The notes under the pieces: generated by a model
Told to the model about the DNA's origin: nothing
Database searches by the model: none
Seen by the model: the letters and a program-made list of their open reading frames with translations, nothing else
Position numbers and translations under genes: made by a program
From: a virus
DNA length: 64,000 nt
IMG/VR virus record: IMGVR_UViG_3300043446_003158
Coordinates: 113,188-177,187 of that record
Strand: one strand, 5' to 3'
Part shown: positions 60,299-64,000 of the stretch, piece by piece
Layout: the number at the start of each line of letters is the position of its first letter
How positions within the stretch are numbered: position 1 is the first letter of the stretch

Positions 60299-60460
60299 TC
60301 ATCGCTCTAGTTGTGCCAGCGATGAGGGGGCGATGTGAGAAGGCGAACCGCAGGAGCGGTAGAACTCTACCATGCGATCTGCCTCCTCCTTGGTTGTGAA
60401 CCACTGGGAGCGCCACTCACACTGGTTGTAGGGGGTCTGATAGCGAACTTCGAAGCGCAT
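60299..60460 (-). CDS. Array ORF12, 53-aa protein
   Basis: Hand translation MRFEVRYQTPYNQCEWRSQWFTTKEEADRMVEFYRSCGSPSHIAPSSLAQLER. Confidence 0.7.
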   Translation of the reverse strand: MRFEVRYQTPYNQCEWRSQWFTTKEEADRMVEFYRSCGSPSHIAPSSLAQLER

Positions 60461-60517
60461 GGGGTTGGTTGCGAACTTGATCAGTGTAGCATGGCGGAGG
60501 GGGTGCTGGGCACCCCC
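60461..60517 (-). promoter_or_regulatory. Module P12 (type C)
   Basis: TGC-TACACT (60483-60488)-GATC; GGGGGTGC/GCACCCCC stem at the -35 position. Confidence 0.75.
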
Positions 60518-60524
60518 GTGAGAT

Positions 60525-60791
60525 TCAGAAGTCGAACACGTCGCCGTTGATCTCTGCTCGGTTGATCTCTGGATCGTTCCACATCACACCGTCAGGGGTT
60601 TGAGTGCTGCCGTGATCATAGAACGCTTCCAGCAGTTCTTCATAGCAGCAAACGTCATTCTGCTGAATGAAGTCTTGGATGCTTTCGTCATTCTCAATCC
60701 ACAGAACAACGTTCCAGGTTTTGTAGTTTGTCCACCCGTTGTAGGTAACATCCAGCAGGTTGGTCTGGTGAGTGCGGGTTGCGGTTGCCAT
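60525..60791 (-). CDS. Array ORF13, 88-aa acidic protein with YNGWTNY.TWNV.LW motif
   Basis: In the ORF track; ATG follows module P13. Confidence 0.75.
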   Translation of the reverse strand: MATATRTHQTNLLDVTYNGWTNYKTWNVVLWIENDESIQDFIQQNDVCCYEELLEAFYDHGSTQTPDGVMWNDPEINRAEINGDVFDF

Positions 60792-60857
60792 GGGGTTGGT
60801 TGCGAACTTGATCAGTGTAGCACGGGAAGGGGGGCAGGAGCGCCCCCCAGGGCGCTC
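60792..60857 (-). promoter_or_regulatory. Module P13 (type C)
   Basis: First 33 nt upstream of the ATG are identical to P12; TACACT at 60814-60819; alternative stems G6/C6 and GAGCGCCC/GGGCGCTC. Confidence 0.75.
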
Positions 60858-61032
60858 AGATGGCGCTGGTGCCCTTGCTCACCCACAGTGCCAGGCGCAT
60901 GGTGCCTGCCTTGCTCACCTGCTGGGCGGTGCGCCCCTGGGCGATGGCAGCAGTCTTCAGGGAGTTGCGGTGAGCATCGGCACCGCACACCATCACGTCA
61001 CGTGCTTGCTGGAGGAGTTGCTGCTGGGTCAT
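60856..61032 (-). CDS. Array ORF14, 58-aa protein
   Basis: Hand translation MTQQQLLQQARDVMVCGADAHRNSLKTAAIAQGRTAQQVSKAGTMRLALWVSKGTSAI. Confidence 0.7.
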   Translation of the reverse strand: MTQQQLLQQARDVMVCGADAHRNSLKTAAIAQGRTAQQVSKAGTMRLALWVSKGTSAI

Positions 61033-61095
61033 GGTTGGTTCAGGTGTTGAACGTGTTCAGTATAGCATGGGGGTGGGGCACCCACACGGTGCCCC
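61033..61095 (-). promoter_or_regulatory. Module P14 (type C)
   Basis: TGC-TATACT (61059-61064); GGGGCAC/GTGCCCC stem whose loop lies 17 nt from the -10. Confidence 0.75.
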
Positions 61096-61102
61096 TGGGA
61101 GA

Positions 61103-61276
61103 TCAGGCAGTGATCTCCATCCACTCCTGCTCGTCGCGGTAGATCACCACGGGAGCACCACCGAGTTCGATGCTCCAGTCGAAGGCAACGTCCACGGCGT
61201 GCTCTTCGCTGGTGAAGAACTCTGCGTGATCCATGCCAGTGCCCTTGGGGGCGGCGCTCCAGGAAACGAAGGTCAT
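61103..61276 (-). CDS. Array ORF15, 57-aa acidic protein
   Basis: Hand translation MTFVSWSAAPKGTGMDHAEFFTSEEHAVDVAFDWSIELGGAPVVIYRDEQEWMEITA. Confidence 0.7.
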   Translation of the reverse strand: MTFVSWSAAPKGTGMDHAEFFTSEEHAVDVAFDWSIELGGAPVVIYRDEQEWMEITA

Positions 61277-61335
61277 CGGGTTCGGGCGTTGAACTTGATC
61301 AGTGTAGCACGGAAAGGGGGGCGTTGGTGCCCCCC
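61277..61335 (-). promoter_or_regulatory. Module P15 (type C)
   Basis: TGC-TACACT (61301-61306)-GATC; GGGGGGC/GCCCCCC stem. Confidence 0.75.
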
Positions 61336-61342
61336 GTAGGGT

Positions 61343-61567
61343 TCACACGGTGGCAGGCACCTGGGTGAGTTGATCGCCACGAATAGCGAGGTTGATGAAC
61401 TTACCCACGGAGTCTTCGTTTTCGATCACCAGGTTGAGATCGGCAACGAAACCAGCAGGATCAGTCACGTTGTAGGTGTAGTCACGCCCACCGTTGAAAG
61501 TAACAGTCACTTGACCGTTCTGCACCTCGGAGATGTTTTCGATGGCGCTGGATTGAAACTTGAACAT
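61343..61567 (-). CDS. Array ORF16, KTSC-domain-like protein (74 aa)
   Basis: FQSSAIENI...VTVTFNGGRDYTYNV...SVGKFIN..IR follows the KTSC pattern SS.I......L.V.F..G..Y.Y..V...S.G.F.N..I(K/R). Confidence 0.6.
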   Translation of the reverse strand: MFKFQSSAIENISEVQNGQVTVTFNGGRDYTYNVTDPAGFVADLNLVIENEDSVGKFINLAIRGDQLTQVPATV

Positions 61568-61637
61568 AATTAAGAAAAAAAGTAAAGGGTTGAGTGAAGT
61601 GTTTTGAGCGGGATGCTTCACCCCCGCTGATGTGATC

Positions 61638-61694
61638 AGTATGGCACGGATTGGGGGTGGGGTCAACCCCCTTGTGCCACTTGTCAGACTGTCA
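61638..61694 (-). promoter_or_regulatory. Module P16 with upstream pseudo-palindrome
   Basis: TTGACC (61661-61666)-17-CATACT (61638-61643)-GATC; GGGG/CCCC stem around TCAA; TGTGCCACTTGTCAGACTGTCA at 61673-61694. Confidence 0.7.
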
Positions 61695-61884
61695 CATCAG
61701 GAAGTGTAGAGAGCGTGGTGATACGGTTCAACTCATTTAGTGTGTCCACATTCCAGTTGTTTGTATCACCATAAGGAGGATACAGTTTGCTATACCATTC
61801 CCCATACAGTTCGGGGTTGATGTGTTGAACTTGCTCTAAAGTTTCAGCAATCTTAACAAGCATGGGGTGTTGATTAGTCATCAT
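61684..61884 (-). CDS. Array ORF17, 66-aa protein
   Basis: In the ORF track; ATGA overlap with the upstream ORF. Confidence 0.65.
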   Translation of the reverse strand: MMTNQHPMLVKIAETLEQVQHINPELYGEWYSKLYPPYGDTNNWNVDTLNELNRITTLSTLPDVTV

Positions 61885-62054
61885 TCCTCCAACAGTTCGG
61901 GGTAGTATTCTTCACACTCAGTGATCAATTCTTCGTCACTGTATTTGGCGTAACCTTCGTCCAGGTAGTCATAACATAGTTGAGTCATTGTCTTGAGATC
62001 CATGTCATCCAGCATCTGCTGAATGAGAGCATCTTGGAGTGCAGAACGGTTCAT
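61881..62054 (-). CDS. Array ORF18, 57-aa acidic helical protein
   Basis: Hand translation MNRSALQDALIQQMLDDMDLKTMTQLCYDYLDEGYAKYSDEELITECEEYYPELLEE (16 D/E, 3 K/R). Confidence 0.7.
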   Translation of the reverse strand: MNRSALQDALIQQMLDDMDLKTMTQLCYDYLDEGYAKYSDEELITECEEYYPELLEE

Positions 62055-62056
62055 GA

Positions 62057-62236
62057 TCAGAAACGAATGATAGGGTGGTCAAGATCGAGGACATCACATT
62101 CCTCGGTGGCAAACACTAACTCTACACCGTGTTGCCATACATCATCGGGTTCATCTTCAGAGCAAATGGCAACATCCTGGTTGAGTTGTTCTTCGGTGAG
62201 TTGTTGCAGTTGTTGCAGGAGTTCTTTGTAAGTCAT
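62057..62236 (-). CDS. Array ORF19, 59-aa acidic protein
   Basis: MTYKELLQQLQQLTEEQLNQDV... (15 D/E, 2 K/R); ATGA overlap with the upstream ORF. Confidence 0.7.
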   Translation of the reverse strand: MTYKELLQQLQQLTEEQLNQDVAICSEDEPDDVWQHGVELVFATEECDVLDLDHPIIRF

Positions 62237-62439
62237 GTCAGAACGTGGCGAAAGTCCAGGGATTTGATGCACCAACCAGTGGCACATGTGATCTCTTCAA
62301 CTAGATCGTCCTCATCATCTGCCTCCCAAATTGTACCTAGAACCTCATCGTAGATTTCATCTTGAGATTCAACATCAAGTGCCTCATCATCAAGATCATC
62401 AGTGAAATCAAACTCAATTTCAGTAACTTGGAATTGCAT
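62233..62439 (-). CDS. Array ORF20, 68-aa very acidic protein
   Basis: 23 D/E versus 2 K/R; WEADDEDDLVEEITCATGWCI. Confidence 0.75.
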   Translation of the reverse strand: MQFQVTEIEFDFTDDLDDEALDVESQDEIYDEVLGTIWEADDEDDLVEEITCATGWCIKSLDFRHVLT

Positions 62440-62585
62440 CAGACCTCATCACGCATTTCAGTGAGTTTGTCATACAGAAGCGGAATGTCCGCCTCTGTAA
62501 GTTCAGTCAGGTAGTGCCAATCGCTACTCTCAAGAATAGCGAGCAGGGCATCAATTTCCTGATAGTTGAGGTGTGTGAGTGTCAC
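62439..62585 (-). CDS. Array ORF21, 48-aa acidic protein (GTG start)
   Basis: Hand translation MTLTHLNYQEIDALLAILESSDWHYLTELTEADIPLLYDKLTEMRDEV; GTGA overlap with the upstream ORF. Confidence 0.65.
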   Translation of the reverse strand: MTLTHLNYQEIDALLAILESSDWHYLTELTEADIPLLYDKLTEMRDEV

Positions 62586-62710
62586 TTGCGTAGAGGAGAA
62601 TTGTAGTAGCGGCGGAAAGCAGTGAGAACGATAATGCCCGTCGAAACAACACCAACCAAACCAAGGAAGGTGACAGCATCGCCAGAGAATGTGTAGGTAT
62701 CAGGTGTCAT
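62582..62710 (-). CDS. Array ORF22, 42-aa single-pass membrane protein
   Basis: Hand translation MTPDTYTFSGDAVTFLGLVGVVSTGIIVLTAFRRYYNSPLRK. Confidence 0.7.
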   Translation of the reverse strand: MTPDTYTFSGDAVTFLGLVGVVSTGIIVLTAFRRYYNSPLRK

Positions 62711-62838
62711 CAGTAGTCGTAGTTGGAGTTCAGAAACTGGTTGAAGGTTTGCTCATCGGTGTCATCTTCCTCGTAAAGATCTTCCATGTCGAAGATCTCA
62801 CCAGGAGCATCTTGGATCTCAAAGAAGTAGGTGTCCAT
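62710..62838 (-). CDS. Array ORF23, 42-aa acidic peptide
   Basis: Hand translation MDTYFFEIQDAPGEIFDMEDLYEEDDTDEQTFNQFLNSNYDY (14 D/E, no K/R). Confidence 0.7.
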   Translation of the reverse strand: MDTYFFEIQDAPGEIFDMEDLYEEDDTDEQTFNQFLNSNYDY

Positions 62839-62861
62839 GGAGGTGTTTCAGGAACAAACGT

Positions 62862-62919
62862 AGTTTGGCATGGGTGAGGGGGGTTCACAACCCCCCGTGT
62901 GCCACTTGCTCAACTGTCC
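62862..62919 (-). promoter_or_regulatory. Module P23 with upstream pseudo-palindrome
   Basis: TTGTGA (62885-62890)-17-CAAACT (62862-62867); -35 in the loop of a G6/C6 stem; TGTGCCACTTGCTCAACTGTCC at 62898-62919. Confidence 0.6.
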
Positions 62920-63242
62920 AGGGCACCCTGCTCGTTGAGCACACCCCAGGCGATGCCAGAGTTGTACAAACCGATGTAACGGTTCTTGATGCTCAACCCA
63001 ACGATTTCATCGCCAGGTTCACCAATCATGTTCACACCGAAGTAGAAGTATTCGGTGAGGAATTGAGGCGTTTGGAACTTCATGGTTTGGAACTTCTCCC
63101 AGAGAAGAGTAGCAATCACGGCAACGATTGCCGCAACAGTGAGAACAAAACTCCGCACATCTTGGTAGAGTTTCTGATAGTCAACCTCTGCCAGAAAGGC
63201 AATCAGGTCATCAGTGGGGGGGAAGGATTTGGTGAGGTTCAT
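62910..63242 (-). CDS. Array ORF24, 110-aa protein with one predicted TM helix
   Basis: Hydrophobic stretch FVLTVAAIVAVIATLLW. Confidence 0.7.
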   Translation of the reverse strand: MNLTKSFPPTDDLIAFLAEVDYQKLYQDVRSFVLTVAAIVAVIATLLWEKFQTMKFQTPQFLTEYFYFGVNMIGEPGDEIVGLSIKNRYIGLYNSGIAWGVLNEQGALDS

Positions 63243-63295
63243 GTCAAGAATTGTGGGGTTGGGGGAATGTAGAGAGGTGTCCCAACCACGAGATC

Positions 63296-63324
63296 AGTAT
63301 GGCACACCAGGGGCACCACCGCAA
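63296..63324 (-). promoter_or_regulatory. Promoter P24
   Basis: TTGCGG (63319-63324)-17-CATACT (63296-63301)-GATC. Confidence 0.5.
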
Positions 63325-63393
63325 GGGGTTGAAACATTCCGTAACATCAGGGCATCTTATCAGACTCATCAGGTATTCTAATGTGCCAGGGGC

Positions 63394-63445
63394 TTGACAC
63401 ATCTTGTAATCTTGACTAGAATACCTTTGCTAGGTTTGAAGATGA
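63394..63445 (+). promoter_or_regulatory. Plus-strand sigma70 promoter; duplicate of the element upstream of gp55
   Basis: TTGACA (63394-63399)-17-TAGAAT (63417-63422)-ACCTTTGCTAGGTTTGAAGATGA. Confidence 0.65.
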
Positions 63446-63712
63446 TAATATAAGTCTTTATAATATACTTTAAAGAGATGCCGAAGGCATACCCCGAAGG
63501 GGTATGAGTTGATATACTATAAGCACGTCAGATGGTGTGGGAAGGGGTGAGTGGGGTGAAGCACGATTCTTGCACTATATTATAAGAATTGATTTTGTTG
63601 CAAAGAAAAAAGGCAGGGTCACCACTCCCTGCCTTCAGATCTCCACTCACCTATGTGTAAAAATATATCCACCTCGTGCATGTATGGGTGGCGATTGTCT
63701 CAAACCACCCAA

Positions 63713-63797
63713 TAGGAGTAGGGAGACTTGAACTCCCACGGGCGTTATGCCCAACAGATTTTAAGTCTGGTGTGTCTACCGATTCCACCATACTCCC
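63713..63797 (-). tRNA. trnL: tRNA-Leu, anticodon UAA (CCA not encoded)
   Basis: GGGAGTATGGTGGAATCGGTAGACACACCAGAC-TTAAAA-TCTGTTGGGCATAACGCCCGTGGGAGTTCAAGTCTCCCTACTCCTA: cloverleaf with long variable arm, TTC T-loop and A discriminator. Confidence 0.95.
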
Positions 63798-63806
63798 ATG
63801 TTGTAT

Positions 63807-63867
63807 AGTATATGATACATTATGTGTGATGTCAAGTGCTTGACAATCTCGTAATGTATGATATACT
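63807..63867. promoter_or_regulatory. Back-to-back divergent sigma70 promoters
   Basis: Minus: TTGACA (63830-63835)-17-TATACT (63807-63812), driving the tRNA. Plus: TTGACA (63840-63845)-16-TGn-TATACT (63862-63867). Confidence 0.75.
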
Positions 63868-63937
63868 ATGTGTATGATCTCGTAGAGATGTGTATAAGAT
63901 ACGTGTGCATCTCGTACACATCTCGCACGATCTCGTA
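63846..63937. repeat. Five ATCTCG(T/C)A direct repeats
   Basis: Copies start at 63846, 63877, 63909, 63920 and 63930. Confidence 0.7.
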
Positions 63938-63939
63938 CC

Positions 63940-63999
63940 TTACCAGGCGTTAGAGAACACGAATCCGTCTACGAATTCGTAGTCATAACGCAATCCCTG
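63940..63999 (-). CDS. C-terminus of a gene entering from the right edge
   Basis: Frame reads ...QGLRYDYEFVDGFVFSNAW-stop. Confidence 0.5.
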   Translation of the reverse strand, partial: QGLRYDYEFVDGFVFSNAW

Positions 64000-64000
64000 A

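Noticed and set aside
57640-61340. CRISPR array
   Set aside because: The repeats are degenerate, carry -10/-35 boxes and are separated by 150-330 bp spacers that are intact ORFs. No cas genes are present in the window.
57640-61340. Integron with attC cassettes
   Set aside because: The hairpins are short and lack RYYYAAC/GTTRRRY core sites, every cassette has its own promoter, and no integrase is in the window. Homologous recombination explains the structure more simply.
57713-61666. ORF-track starts at 58021, 58607, 58917, 59750, 60068 and 61666
   Set aside because: These extensions run through the promoter and hairpin; the downstream ATG directly after the conserved leader is more plausible.

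Overview
A 64-kb segment of a T4-like myovirus genome, most likely a cyanophage infecting a GC-rich freshwater Synechococcus/Cyanobium-type host (inferred from gene content, synteny and promoter style). Essentially all genes are on the minus strand. Positions 1-57.2 kb are AT-rich core genome: gp44 (partial), a DenV-like glycosylase, gp45, a CobS-like MoxR ATPase with a peptidase/vWA partner, a UDP-glucose dehydrogenase-like gene, gp46/47/55, UvsW/UvsY, the head genes (gp23/22/21/20), the tail, neck and terminase genes (gp3/19/18/17/16/15/14/13), a 2352-aa virion protein, the baseplate genes (gp8/7/6/25), speD and a GT-A glycosyltransferase-like gene. At about 57.42 kb the sequence turns abruptly GC-rich and becomes an array of 24 tiny ORFs (42-110 aa), about ten of them below the ORF-track cutoff. 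About 17 related intergenic modules separate them. Each module reads TGA stop, GC-rich hairpin centred on the -35 position, sigma70-type -10 box, SD-less C/A-rich leader, ATG. This promoter-stem-loop cassette array, ending in a translationally coupled run of very acidic mini-proteins, is the most unusual feature of the window. The right end holds tRNA-Leu(UAA), back-to-back sigma70 promoters, phased 8-bp repeats, and a promoter element duplicated upstream of gp55. Annotation is by motif recognition and synteny only; no database searches were run.
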